From contig OZ218954.1 of assembly GCA_965112735.1 (NCBI GenBank), forward strand, positions 2,790,001 through 2,854,000: DNA of 64,000 nt, given 5' to 3'. This stretch comes from Phaeosaccion multiseriatum. Lineage: Eukaryota; Protista; Ochrophyta, other classes. Shown here in pieces: positions 29,107 through 41,205 of this stretch (position 1 is the first letter of the stretch; every line of letters starts with the position of its first letter). The notes beneath the pieces are model-generated. The model was not told the DNA's origin, searched no databases, and was given only the letters and a program-made list of their open reading frames with translations. Position numbers and translations under genes: made by a program.

Positions 29107-30100
29107 TGCCGGACTGGGACACATCTTTGGTACACAGTATGCCTTTTGATGATGTTTGATCCTGCGTGGGACTAGTGAAGCTGTGAGTCCGTCCTACGTG
29201 GGTACCGGGAATCGAGAGATGGAGGGGGATGTTTTTTGGATGAGGGAGAGGAGAGGAGAGGAGATGAGGCGCGCGAAGGGAGGGAGGCGGCGCGTGTTGT
29301 AGGCTTCCTTTGTCCGCGTACTGACGGGCCAAACGCTTGGCGGAGGGAGATGGATGCCCCCACCCCCACCCCTGAAGGGCCGCTTCACTTCGGTCAACCC
29401 TCAGGACCAGGGTCAGGGTGCTGTCTTCTCTCGGCACGTCTCCTCTCTCTTCGAGTGGCTCTCCGGTCCCGACACCCGCCTCGAAAGCGCGGGGGGCCAT
29501 GGGCGCGTTGGCCCTGTGGACAGAGCTATCGACATGGCGATGGGCGATGGGCGATGGGCGATGGGCGATGGGCAAAAGGCGGAGGATGATGCGCCATTGC
29601 TCGTGCCTGATGGGACCACGCTGCCACCCAAACGTCCAACCTACACATCGGGAACAAAGAGGGGAAAGTGTGATACGCCGCGGCTCCAGCAAGTCAGTGG
29701 TTTGCCTCCCCCACACAGGCCCGAAGTTTGAGTTTGAGTGGTGCCTTGCCTGCAGCCCCTTCCCACCCCCCCCCCCCCTTGGCATGAGACGCGCAGTGCC
29801 AGGGCTCGCAGCGAAACAGCGCCTTGCTCAACCTGTTGGGCCGCTTGTCTGACCCGTTGTTGGTGTCTCTGTGATGGAAGGACTTTTATTGTCTTCGGAC
29901 CAAAGTGGCGTTCGTTTGTATTGCGCCCAGCACGGAATACAGTGGTGTGCGATGATGATGAGGTAGGGCTGTGAGGTGTGTGTGTGTGTGTGTGCAGCGG
30001 AGATATACATGGATCTGCACAGAAACGCTGCTTGCTGCCTGCCTGTGCATGCGAGCGAGAGCGCAGACATGCAGGTGCTTGAACCTGGGTTGCACAGCGC

Positions 30101-30194
30101 GTGAGTGAGTGAGTGAGTGAGTGAGTGAGTGAGTGAGTTACTGAGCGAGTGAGTGAGTGAGTGAGTGAGTGAGTGAGTGAGTTACTGAGCGAGT
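30101..30194. repeat. (GAGT)n microsatellite
   Basis: Directly visible, between the MFSD5 and NOP53 3' ends. Confidence 0.9.
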
Positions 30195-30429
30195 GATTGA
30201 ACGAGTGAAGTGGAGAGACCTCGATGGGAGTGCGTTAGGTACCGCGATGGCCAATTGTTGGCCTATCGCGGGGTGTACCACCAACCTCCCATATTCCATA
30301 TTCAACTCTCTCAGCTATTCATTTAAGTTCAGTAGTTGCGAAGAGAGAGAGAGAGAGAGAGAGAGAGCCCAATGAACTCCACCTCCAACTCCCAACTCAC
30401 TACAATACAAATCAATTCCCACTCTACTT

Positions 30430-30943
30430 TTACTTGTAACGGTTCATGACCTTGACCTTCTTCCTGCGTCCCTTGCGCTGCTTGGCGAGAGTACGCTTGG
30501 CCTTGTGGGGATCGGGCAGCAAGCCCTTCTCCTGGAACTTGACAGAGTGTTCCATCAGCAAGTCACCCACGCCCTGTTGGTTGGTTGGTTGGTTGGGTGG
30601 TTGGGTGGTTAGTTGGTTGGAATGTTTGGCCGGGAGCGCAGTAGAGCAGAGAGAGCGGCGGCGAGGGAGGGGAGAGGGAGAGAGAGGGGACGGGGGGGAG
30701 AAGGAGAGGGAGAGAGAGAGAGAAGAGCACAAATGGAAGAGGTTAACTTTCGGTGCGAGTACGGCTACGAGTGGAGACGAATCTCGACTTGCGAAGACAC
30801 AGGGAGCGTCGTTCCGAGAGGTTGAGGGACCTCCCGACGGCCTGGGGGGCAAAGGCCTGCCACTGCCCAAGTGTCAAAATGCCAAAGTTCGTTCTCTCGG
30901 ACCCAGAGCACCTCTCTCTCCCTCTCTCTCCCTCTCTCTCTTT

Positions 30944-30974
<31 letters not shown>

Positions 30975-33030
30975 CCTCTCCTTCTCTCTCTCTCTCTATT
31001 TCTTTTTCTCTCTCTCTCTATTTCTTTTTCCCTCTCCTGCTAACTTCACGCTTCCCTCCCGTTCATCCCATCCCATCCCATCCCATCAACCACATCCAGT
31101 CCTCCTCCCTCCACCCCCCCCTTCCTCCCTCCCCCCTCCCTCCCCCCGTCCGTCCCTCCCTCACTCCCCCCCGGCTCACCTTGACTTGGCGCAGACTGCC
31201 CTTTAGCTCAGCGGTCATGCTGCTGGGAATGGAGGGCTTCACCACAAGGTCATGGTCCTTGGGTATACGAGTCTCCGTCTGCTGCTCCAACAGCTTCTTG
31301 GCCTCCCTGGCCTGGCGCTTGCGCTCCTCCTCCTCCGTCAGCATCTCTGCAATCTCCGGCACACGCTGCATCTCTTTTCGCTTGGCCTTTAACGCTGGGT
31401 TAGGGGGTGGTGGTGGTGGGGGGGGGGGGGAGAAGAGATGACGAGAATGCAGACAGGCGGGTGGGACGGGGGGTCAGGAGAGAGAGGAGGTCTCGCTTCT
31501 TCCATGCCCAGTTTGGGGACCAGTTTGGGGACGCATCTTCCCAGCCTGGCATCCCCGGCATCCTCCCTGAGCGACAGACACGCCCCTTTTGCGCCCCCTT
31601 TGAGCAGGCATCGAAGACGTGGCTCGACCCTACATCACCACCATCATCGCCATCATCATCTAGTCCTTGTGTGCATGTGTGTGTGTGCCTCGCTCACCTT
31701 GCTTCTTGAGGAAGACGGTTTCGTTCTGCCTGGTGCGGCGCATCTTATTCCGTTGCGCCTTGGTGATGCGCTCTCCCGCCTTGGCTTTCCTCCTGCTCCC
31801 CCCCGCTGTTGGGCCGTCACCACCAGCCTCTCCTTCTTCTCCCTCTGCCTCGCTGTCTTCATCGCTATCGTCGTCCGAAGTGTCGTCATCCTGAGTGAGT
31901 AAGCAAGCACCGACGATACACGACAAGAGAAAAGGCTTGATTGAGAATGGCGCAAGCAGGTTTGATGGGGCCAAATTATGGTGCGCGATGCACCATGTAC
32001 ACCACTGCACTCCCCATCCAGCGCTCTTCACTTGGCGACGACGATGAGGACAAAGCAGGAACAACGGAGGGAGGGAGGGGGAGGGGTGCCACCTATCAAC
32101 AATCAATCCACCCCAATCTCACCGATTCATCAGGCATCAGCAGAGCCAGGGTAGTGGCGCTCATCTCCTCCTTGCGGGCCGTTGCTCTGTCCACAGCATC
32201 GTTCCGCTTGAGCTCGAGAGCGAGGGCGGAGGCCACAAGGTCTTGGTGGTCCTCGAAGGTGGGGTTGTACGATTGGCCGGGGTGGCCAGCGTCCAGAGGC
32301 TTCTTGATGCTCGCCACCACCTGAACGAGGGTCATGACCAGGGCAAGGGTTGGGAGAGAAAGAGACTTGGTGTCAAAGATCGACATGTGTGGACGGCAGT
32401 CAGAGGTATCATCAGGCGCATATCATTCTTCGAGGCTCTCAAGCCAAACTCGCCGCCCTGATGTACCCAATATCACCACGACGGTATACAGTATGCACAC
32501 CCCCTCCCCCTTACCCGCTGCTTTGCTGCCACCCTCTTCCTCTTCTTCGAGGACATGCCCTTCGACGCCTGCTCCCCCGCCACCCCCGCTGCTCCTGCCG
32601 CTGCCGCTGCGGCTCCTCCTCCTCCATCCTGCTTTCGCCCCGCTAACGGTGCCTCGCTACCCCAGGCGTCATAGATCCCTCCTGCAGCACTCTCCTTCGA
32701 CTTGTCGGCCTTCTTCGTGGAGGGTGTGGGCGAAGCAGACGCGCCCGCCGCACCAGCGGCCCTCTTCGCCTTGATCTGCTTCGCCTGTCGCTCTACGAGC
32801 ACCCTCTCGCCCTTGGCTTCTCGCTTGCCCTGCTTATCATAGCCCAGCTGCCGACGAACCCTCTTGCGCTTCTGTGTCGACCCCACCTTGTCTAGCACAA
32901 ACAAGTCATCATCTGCTGTGGCGCCAAGACGCTCGGCTTTGCCGTGCTCCTCTGCGGCCAGAGCGGCCTCTTGCGCCACCTCCTCCTCACGCTCCTTGGC
33001 CTTACGCCCTCGCTTCTTGCTTGGTGGCAT
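30430..33030 (-). CDS. NOP53: Ribosome biogenesis protein NOP53/GLTSCR2
   Basis: DDLFVLDKVG (LFxxD motif), YDAW, HPGQSYNPTFEDHQDL, ERITKAQRNK, ELKGSLRQVK|GVGDLL..FQEKGLL, and a basic C-terminus. Confidence 0.9.
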
Positions 33031-33520
33031 CCTGATGGGGCTTTACGCTGCTCTGCTCGGTCAGTGGAGGGGGGCAGACCTCCAAGGCCAAGGTCAAATC
33101 AATGGAATTAATTGAGGCCGTGAAATCGTGATATCGACATCCCTCCTCCTGTCGGATTGGTCATACAGTGGACTCACAGATGCTTATGTTAACTGCTCTT
33201 GCTCATCGCTCGGCTCAAGAGTCCACATCATAAGTTAAATCAAACTCTCCTCCCTTTCCCGGCCTTCCTCCCTGTCCTCTCTTCGCTTGATTCGCCGTGA
33301 ACTCGCAGAAGCCTTGTAGACAGACGGATTCCGCAAGAGAGGACGATTGACGCAGTGCAAGCACGAAAGGGAAGGGGGGGAAAGTCGGGCGGGCGGGCGC
33401 GTCCATCTCAATTCAGCAACTCTCTCCCCTCTCTCCCTCATGAGAGGGGGAATTCTGCTGTGTTCAGGCTGATAGTGGTGGCGGTACATCCACTTGAGGA
33501 GAGCAGGGCAGGAAGGTACC

Positions 33521-34867
33521 ATGGCATCGCAACTGGGATGGTCGTCGGCGGCTGGATCAGGCTCCGGCCCCGCGCCTGCGGCCCTATTTTGCGTCAACCC
33601 CGACGACTACGTGTGGCAAGACAGGCAGATACGCTTTGATGCGTCAGGCGGAGAGCTGGCCTGCCGCAAGTGCGAGTACATCATAGACTCCATCAACTCT
33701 GTTGAAGACACCAAAGGTGAAGAGGAGGGGAAGGACTGCGTATGTCCTTGCCGGGAGGACCGGAATCTCTCGACCCATACACGTCCCCCTCCCTGAACCG
33801 CTCCGGCTTGCGTTGTTTTCGGCTCTCCAGCCCAGCCCCCTTGCCTCTTGTCGTCTCAAACCCGTTGACAACCCCCCCCCCCCCCCCAACCCCCCTCTGG
33901 CCTCCGCCGGGCATCTCTGTGCTCGACGAAACATCAGGAAACAGCGGCGAGAGAGGTGAGTGAGTGCAAGGGCTTGCGATAATGAGCCCCATACCATCTG
34001 TATCATATCTCTCCAGTGGTGTCCTCAGTCCTCCTTGTCCTTTTGAACGAGCCCTCTTTTGCGACTCCCTTCCCCACACCTCAGGCTCACTGATAGTGAC
34101 CAACCTGCGCATTCTCTGGGTCTCGCACAAGAACTCCAGGACGAATCTCAGTAAGTTCACGCACCGCAGATCAATGGGTGGTCCTCTAGGAGGCGAAAGA
34201 GGGGCCAAGAGGGGATGGCGATCAGGCCACAGGCTAAAAGCCACCCACCTATCCGCCCGCCCTCCCACCCACTCACTCACTCATTCACTCACTCACTCCC
34301 TCACTCACTCACTCACTCACTCACTCACTCACTCACTCACTCACTCACTCACTCACTCACTCACTCACTCACTCACTCACTCACTCAATCACTCACTCAC
34401 TCACTCACTCTCTCCACTCACTTACCCACTCCCTCACTCACTCACAACTACCTGTGCAATGCTCAAAGGTATCGGCTTCAAGACCACGCAGAGTATCAAC
34501 ATCAAGAAGGCCAAGTCCCAGATGCGCGGCAGCACGCAAGCTCTCTGCATCATGACCAAGTTCCAGTCCACACGCTTTGAGTTCATCTTCACTTCACTGG
34601 TCAAGAACTCTCCAAGGCTCTTCACCACCGTGCAGGCGGTACTCAGGTATGGCAGGGTATGGCAGGGTATGGCAGGGTATGGCAGAGTATGACAGGGTAT
34701 GGCAGGGTATGGCAGGGTATGGCAGGGTATGATAGGGTAGGTGCATACGGTATACGACGGGTGGGCGGAGGAGGGGAGAGGGAGTGGGGGGGGGGGCTGA
34801 GTGGTCTGGGAGGAGCACGGTGATGAAATATCTGATGTTTATCCCGACATTCTCGCTCATTCTCTGT

Positions 34868-34938
<71 letters not shown>

Positions 34939-35479
34939 CTGTCTCTGTGTGTATCCTGGCCGTGACTCTACCAGGGCCTACGAAACCACCAAGCTGTACC
35001 GAGACCTCAAGCTGCGCGGCTCTATCGTGCGGGACATGGACCTTCTGCGTCTGCCCCACGAGGAGATCCATCGCCACATACAGGGGGTGTGGAACCTCTC
35101 TTCGGAGCAGGGCAACCTTGGCACTGTGTTCGTTACCAATGTGCGCTTCGTGTGGCACGCTAACATGGCACAGAACTTCAATGTGTCCATTCCGTACATG
35201 CAGATGGTGAGTGTGTTGTGTTATGGTAGTAGATGTCGACATTTGTGACCGAGCACTTTATCGAGATACAATGTCGGGGGGAGTGTGAGGAGCGTGTTGT
35301 GAGGGCTTGAAAGGAAGGCTGCAGTCCGTTCAGTACCTTCGGAAGTGTCCGTTCAAGTGACTTGCCAAGAGGGGGCAATGCAATCGCACTATTCTCTCTC
35401 TCCTTCGCTCTTCCTCTTCCTTTCTTTTTTTTCTCCCCTCTCCCTCTCCCCCTCGCGCGCGCTCTCTCTTCTCCTCTCT

Positions 35480-35533
<54 letters not shown>

Positions 35534-36443
35534 GCTCTCTTACCAGCGCACCGCATCACACGGACTTACGAGTTGGAGCTTAAACTTGTAATTGCTAAAG
35601 AAGAGCTCCCTCCCCTTCCCTTCCCCATGTACCGCTCCGTTCGCCGACTGTTCCCCCCCCCGTTTCAGAAACGCATTCGTGTTCGGCCCTCAAAGTTTGG
35701 GCAGGCTTTGGTCATCGAGACCAACACACAGGCGGGGGGCTACATTCTCGGTGAGGGCGGGTTGCATCTTGGTGTGGGGCGGGGGGGAGGCCACTGATGC
35801 CCAACACTGATGCCCAACACTGATGCCCAACACTGATGCCCAACACTAATGCCCAACACTGATGCCCAACACTGATGCCCAACACTGATGCCCAACACTG
35901 ATGCCCAACACTGATGCCCAACACTGATGCCCAACACTGATGCCCAACCTACCCGAGGCGCTCTTCTCGTGCCTTCCCCGCGACAAAAGGGAAGGGAAGG
36001 GAAGGGAAGGGAAACACGTCTCTCCGTCCTCCCTTCCCGACCAACTCTGTAGGCCCGCACTCACCGCCTGACTGACACTACCCCCCCTGGCCCCTCCCTC
36101 CTTAGGTTTCCGCTTGGACTCTCTGGAGCGGCTGGAGGAGGTGTACAAGGAGCTGACGTCACTGTGCACCATTTACTCCGCCAAGCCGGTGCTCGGCATT
36201 GACTACCGGGAGGAAGAAGTGGTACGTACGCAGCTCCCTCCCTCCTCAATATCAGCGTTGCCCGCTACGCACACATAGCGGAAAGCTTCCTACACCCCCA
36301 ACGAGCTCTGTCATCTTGACAAGCAAGTCACCAGTCCGTTAACAAGCCAGTCACCATTCCGTTAACAAGCCAGTCACCATTCCGGCAGTCTCTGACCCTC
36401 GCCCTCACCCTCGCCTGTGCGTGCCCCTAGCTAATCACTCTCT

Positions 36444-36500
<57 letters not shown>

Positions 36501-36823
36501 TCTCTCCCTCTCTCTTCGCTCTCTCTGTCTGTCTCTCTCTTTTTCTCTCTCTATCTCTACATCTCCGTCTGTACGTCTCTCTCTTTTGCTTGTGCCCGTG
36601 TGTCCGTGCGCAGCAACCCTTACTGGAGAGCCGGAGAACGCAACACGTGGAAGATGACGTGGAGGTGATCACAGGGGAGCACGAGTCCGACGCCTTCGCT
36701 GCGTACTTTGCCGACGCAGAGAAGGCCACGGACCGAGAGGTGGTCTTCAACGCCGAGCTGGGCCTCGCCGTGGAGACCTTTCCGGCAGGGACTACGGCCA
36801 GCAGCCTATGGAAGGTGGCGTAG
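33521..36823 (+). CDS. BBS5: Bardet-Biedl syndrome 5 protein (BBSome subunit)
   Basis: VWQDRQIRFD, SVEDTKG|NSGERG|SLIVTNLR, TRFEFIFTSL, AYETTKLYRDLKLRG, GVWNLSSEQGNLG, SKFGQALVIET..GGYILG|FR, DAFAAYFAD, FNAELGLAVE, SLWKV*. Confidence 0.97.
34646..34731. repeat. 10-bp minisatellite (GGTATGGCAG)n starting at a BBS5 5' splice site
   Basis: Directly visible, about 8 copies. Confidence 0.9.
35792..35948. repeat. 13-bp minisatellite (CACTGATGCCCAA)x12, intronic
   Basis: Directly visible in a BBS5 intron. Confidence 0.95.
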
Positions 36824-37062
36824 AGAGCAGAGAGAGAGAGAGAGAGAGAGGGAGAGACGGCGAGATGACGACCTGGCTGACCCTCGGAAGATGTACAACG
36901 AAGCACCAAGTTTGGAAGAGATGACGATGTTAACCCAATATGTGAACGGATCGGTTCCCAAGGATTAATTCACCTGACGAATATCTCGTCATCGCTGTGG
37001 ACCGTTACCAGTATGGCAACATCGGCTTTGCACAGGCCAATGACATTGGTTGTTGAATATTA

Positions 37063-37170
37063 TCGGCCCCTGACATGCTTCTGAGACAGGCCAGCCCAGA
37101 AGCAGGAAGCAGGCCGGCTGGCGCCGCCCAGAAGCAGGGACTCAGAAGCATCATGTCAGGCAGGGGCCGA
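37063..37170. mobile_element. Non-autonomous TIR element (TCGGCCCCTGACA family), copy A
   Basis: Left end TCGGCCCCTGACATGCTTCTGAG; right end CTCAGAAGCAT..GTCAGG..GGCCGA; flanks ATATTA / ATGTTA (5 of 6 match). Confidence 0.75.
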
Positions 37171-37364
37171 ATGTTAGGTTCAAAGGATTGCAATTGGCGA
37201 CGGCTGTATATGTACAACCCGCACACTTCCCATGGGCCCCCTCATTCTTCAACCAAGAAATATTCGCTCTCCCTTCCAGTGAGGAGCCCCCCGAGTGTAG
37301 GAGGAGTGTGAAAAGATACCATCCTCCTTATGACAACCTCGTCCTGCGCTCATCGGACAGCTTA

Positions 37365-39280
37365 ATGGCAGACTTCGCTCAAAACGAGGGCTGGGCCCTC
37401 TGGCACCAGCGTTTTACGACGGCCCACGAGCATCTCGGGAGCTTAGATGCGTCGGTGTGGCTGGGATTTTTCTTACCAGTGAGTAGTATCACACGGAAGG
37501 GGGGGAGGGAGAGAGAATATTGATGTTGACGAAGCCTTCCGCCCCTCCTCCCCTCTCCCCCCTGCCGAAAGGTGATCGTGGTGCTAGTTGGGCTTTTGAT
37601 GAAGGACTCGAAGAGCAGTTGCAGTAGCAGTAGAAGCAGCAGCGGCAGCAGCAGCAGCAGCAGCAGCAATATCAACAGCAGTAGCAGCAATGGAGCTGCC
37701 CAGAACCCGTACGCCTCTTCCAACTTCAAGGGCCTAAGCCTTTGGCTTGTTCCCAAGCCCAAGACCCCCGGCGTGTTCGAGGCCATTATCAAGAAGTATG
37801 CTGCAAAAATGGGCACCGGAGTGACCTTCTCCCCTCACGTGAGTCGTCAATCTCTGTCCTCTTCCCCTCAAGAGCACCCGCCACACTAATGAAAAGTGAC
37901 GGCTCTTCCCAAAGTCTGGTGCGATACCCCATAATTAGATCTAAGCAAAGGCCCGTCTTTTAACGGCAGCACCTCCCTCCCCTCCCCTACCCTCCTTTTC
38001 TACCCCTCCCTCCCTCCCTCCCTCCCTCCCTCCCTCTCCCCTTCACTGCCTCGCCCCTCAGGTGACCCTTCTGACGGGCCTCGAGGGCGATCACGTCGAG
38101 CTCGCTCGAAAGTGCCGTGATGAATGCACCGCTCTCCGCCGCTTCCGCTGCGAGGTGCAGGCGGTGCAGTGCAAGGACCTGTTCTTCCAAAGCGTGTTCG
38201 CGGTGCTTGAAGGGGATAGCTTGCTGGACGCGAGGAAGGCGGCACGAGCAGCATTCGGCATGTCGGGACACGACGCACGCGCTGACGCACAGGTGAGTCC
38301 GACCAGAGAAGAAGAAGAAGAAGCAATGCGAAGGTCTCTCACTTACCCGGCTACCCATAAGGTTGCCTACCAGCTGTGAGAGATCGATGCGATGATATTC
38401 TCTGTTTGAATGGGAGTGGTGGCGGTTCGCGTGGTTCGCTAAGCACCATCGGTTCGTGCAGCTCAGGGTCGTGTCGCTTTTGAGCTGAGCAATGAATCAA
38501 TCGTATGGAGCTTTCTCCTCTTGTTGAGACGCTTTGCCGCCCCGTCGCTTTGAGAGAGAGAGAGATCGCTTGAGCCCAGCGGGGGACAGATGGATGGACC
38601 CTTCTCAACACTCGCACGACCACCACACGCTTAACCCTCCCAGCAACCACCTGCCCTCTCCCCCCTCCACTACCTCCCACTCACTCTCTCAACTCATAGT
38701 ACCGAGCCACTACGCTCTACTGTATGCTCATCTCAACACTTGCATGCACTGCTTTGCTGATGTCCGCCTCGTACTGATCACGGTATTGTTCCACACAACA
38801 GGACTCGAAGAACTACATGCCCCACGTGAGCCTTCTGTACGGAGACGTGACCATGGCTGCTCGGAGGGAGATGAAGGCGGAGGTAGAGCCCGGCTTGAAG
38901 GGCCTTGAAATTGACATTGAGGTGAGGGAGTGTGGACAGAGAGGGTGAGGGGAGAGGACAAGGAGGAGGGAGGGTGTGCTCCCTCGTTGCGTGTTTGTTT
39001 TTGTTTTTGGTTTTACCCCAATCCTGTGCTTTTGTTTGTTGAAGGACGACTCTCAAGTCCAAGCCTTCTAACCCATCCCCCTCGAAGTCCAAGCCTTGTT
39101 GCCCCTGCTCTGCTCACTGCTCACTGCGGTATTTTCCTTCGGTGCCTCTTGCCGTTACAGGAGCTCCAGCTTTGGAGCACAGAGGGTGACGTGAAGGACT
39201 GGTACATGGTGCACAGTCAGAGCCTGGGGGTGCAGCGGAGTGAGCTGAGGGACGCCGCTTTAACCTCCCCTTCCTATTAA
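37365..39280 (+). CDS. 2H-phosphoesterase, cyclic phosphodiesterase (CPDase)-like, with an N-terminal hydrophobic segment
   Basis: SLWLVP, FSPH|VTL (HxT), FFQSVF, YMPHVSLLYGD (HxS), ELQLWSTEG..KDW; five exons join in frame. Confidence 0.88.
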
Positions 39281-39301
39281 TTAAAATTAATTCGTTTTTA
39301 A

Positions 39302-39539
39302 CACTCGATTTGCGTTAAGAATCGCCCAAATCGCCTTTTGGACGAGCCCAGGAAAATGACGCTGGGAGAAGCGCTATGTAGTAGCTCTTCGTGTAGCTCT
39401 TTGAGATGCCTACCGAAACGGGGGGTGGTTCACCGCTTTTTCCCTTCCCTACTTGTCAGCTTTTCTGCAAGAGCACTCCCCCTTGCCGCCCGACCCCCAA
39501 AAAACGGGCGATGTGGGCGATTCTTACGCAAATCGAGTG
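39302..39539. mobile_element. piggyBac-like MITE (TTAA flanks, ~33-bp TIRs)
   Basis: TTAA|CACTCGATTTGCGTTAAGAATCGCCCAAATCGCC ... GGCGATGTGGGCGATTCTTACGCAAATCGAGTG|TTAA; no coding capacity. Confidence 0.8.
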
Positions 39540-39753
39540 TTAATTAAAATTAATAAAAAATAAATAAATATAATTAATAAATACAAAGCCTGAAATATTA
39601 CAGCTGAAAAGGCTATTGGAGGATTGGAGGAAACCGTCGTTTCCCCCCCCCTCCCCGAGAAGTCGAGTAACTACATGTATATACAAATGGCATAGAGCGG
39701 AAGAGGGAGGAGTACAAATGGTGTACAATGGAAGAGGGAGGAGGCTCGCTCGC

Positions 39754-40800
39754 TCAAAGCGGAGAGTATCGAAAGGTGATGGAGATGCGCTGATCATCGA
39801 TGTCCTCACCCAAGATCTCGTGCGTGTAATCGTACCGAATCTTGTCCTTGATGAGCTGCAGGCAGCGGGGGGGGAGCTCTTGCTTGTGAGCCACCGCCTC
39901 GTTGCCCTCCCTCCTGTACGTCATTGCGGCCCTTCCAAGGAGGCTGAGATTGACGATGGGACCTGTGTGGGGAATGACAAACGAGAGAGCGGAGAAGCAG
40001 TCTGAGAGGGAGGGAGAGGGGGGTGGGAAGAAATGGAGAGGAGAGGAGCTGGTCGTACCTTTGTGGAGATGCCTGTCGTCGCAGTGCGCCGAAAGATAGT
40101 CTCCTTTGGCTGCTTGGTACCAAATCGCGTTGGCCTCATTCACGGCCCAGCCTGGGAATGCGAGTTCGGGCCTCTGTAACAGCTTGTGTATTCTCTCAAT
40201 GACGAAGTCCAGGTAGGAGGGCATCGCAACTGCACCGGCCACAATGCGCCTTCGCTTTGCTCCCCCCTCCGTTATAGCTTTGACACCCCAAGTCTTGCCC
40301 AAGTGCTGCCCGTTCCACTGCATGTTTCTCCATACCTGTCGCGGTGTTCAAGTTGTGTGGGGAAAGGGTTGAGAGAAAGGACGAGACGAAGGTGTCCTTC
40401 CGCTTGTACCGACCTGAGGATCGGCGTGAACACGCGTAACGAGCTCCTCTTCTTCTTCCTTGCTGAGAAAGTCTTCAAACACTCGAAGACCGAGCCTCTC
40501 TACGTCGGAGAGCGCATTGAACTTTTTGGCCTTGCTCGTGCTTGCCATTTGTGCGATTCCCTCGCACCTCGCCGCATGCTGCTCCAGGGGCAGAGGCTTG
40601 GAAAACCCACAAACAGGGCACGTGCCATACTCTTTCTTCTTTTTACTCGCCGCGGCCGCGCCTTTTTTCGCTCCGAGTTTGTTTGGCGGTGAAGTCTTGG
40701 CGGCCTTCCCCTTCCCGCGGTTTCTGCTGTTGCTGCTGTTGTTGCCGCCGCCGCTGCTGCTGCTTCCAGTAGTGAACCCGAAACCAGTCAGCCCCTTCAT
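39754..40800 (-). CDS. AlkB-family 2OG-Fe(II) dioxygenase with a UBZ-like C2HC zinc finger (start uncertain)
   Basis: CPVC...EQHAARC; GLRVFEDFLSKEEEEEL; NEANAIWY..GDYLSAHCDD (HxD); GPIVNLSL; LPPRCLQL..RYDYTHEI; RISITFR. Confidence 0.88.
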
Positions 40801-40923
40801 GAAAGAGAGAAGGGGACCGTGTGTTGCTTGTCGTTTGTGGGCGATGTGTTCGTTTGGGCGATGTGGGCGATGAGGGACCAACCTTCGGGTGTTGGTGCTT
40901 TTTTTTTTCTTCCCCCCAACTGG

Positions 40924-41205
40924 CCCTGGGTCTGCCTCGCTATCAGAGGTTGGTCCATCTGCGGTCCCCTGCTGCCCTGCAGCCGCGTCGCACCCTTCCG
41001 CACCCACCCCAGGGTGTATCCCTGCGGCCCCAACATTATCCCCTTCGTGTAAGTCTGCTCCTTCACCCCCATGATTGTGATTGTGATGACCATGATCATG
41101 ATTGTGAAGGAGCAGACTTAGACGAAGGGGATAATGTTGGGGCCGCAGGGATACACCCTGGGGACCGCAGATGGACCAACCTCTGATAGCGAGGCAGACC
41201 CAGGG
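40924..41205. repeat. Long inverted repeat (102 paired bases, 41-nt one-sided bulge, 37-nt loop)
   Basis: 40924-40969 plus 41011-41066 equals the reverse complement of 41104-41205 with one mismatch. Confidence 0.95.

Noticed and set aside
15218-33520. GATATC as a shared bidirectional-promoter motif
   Set aside because: Seen in three divergent gaps, but a 6-mer is too short to call significant by eye.
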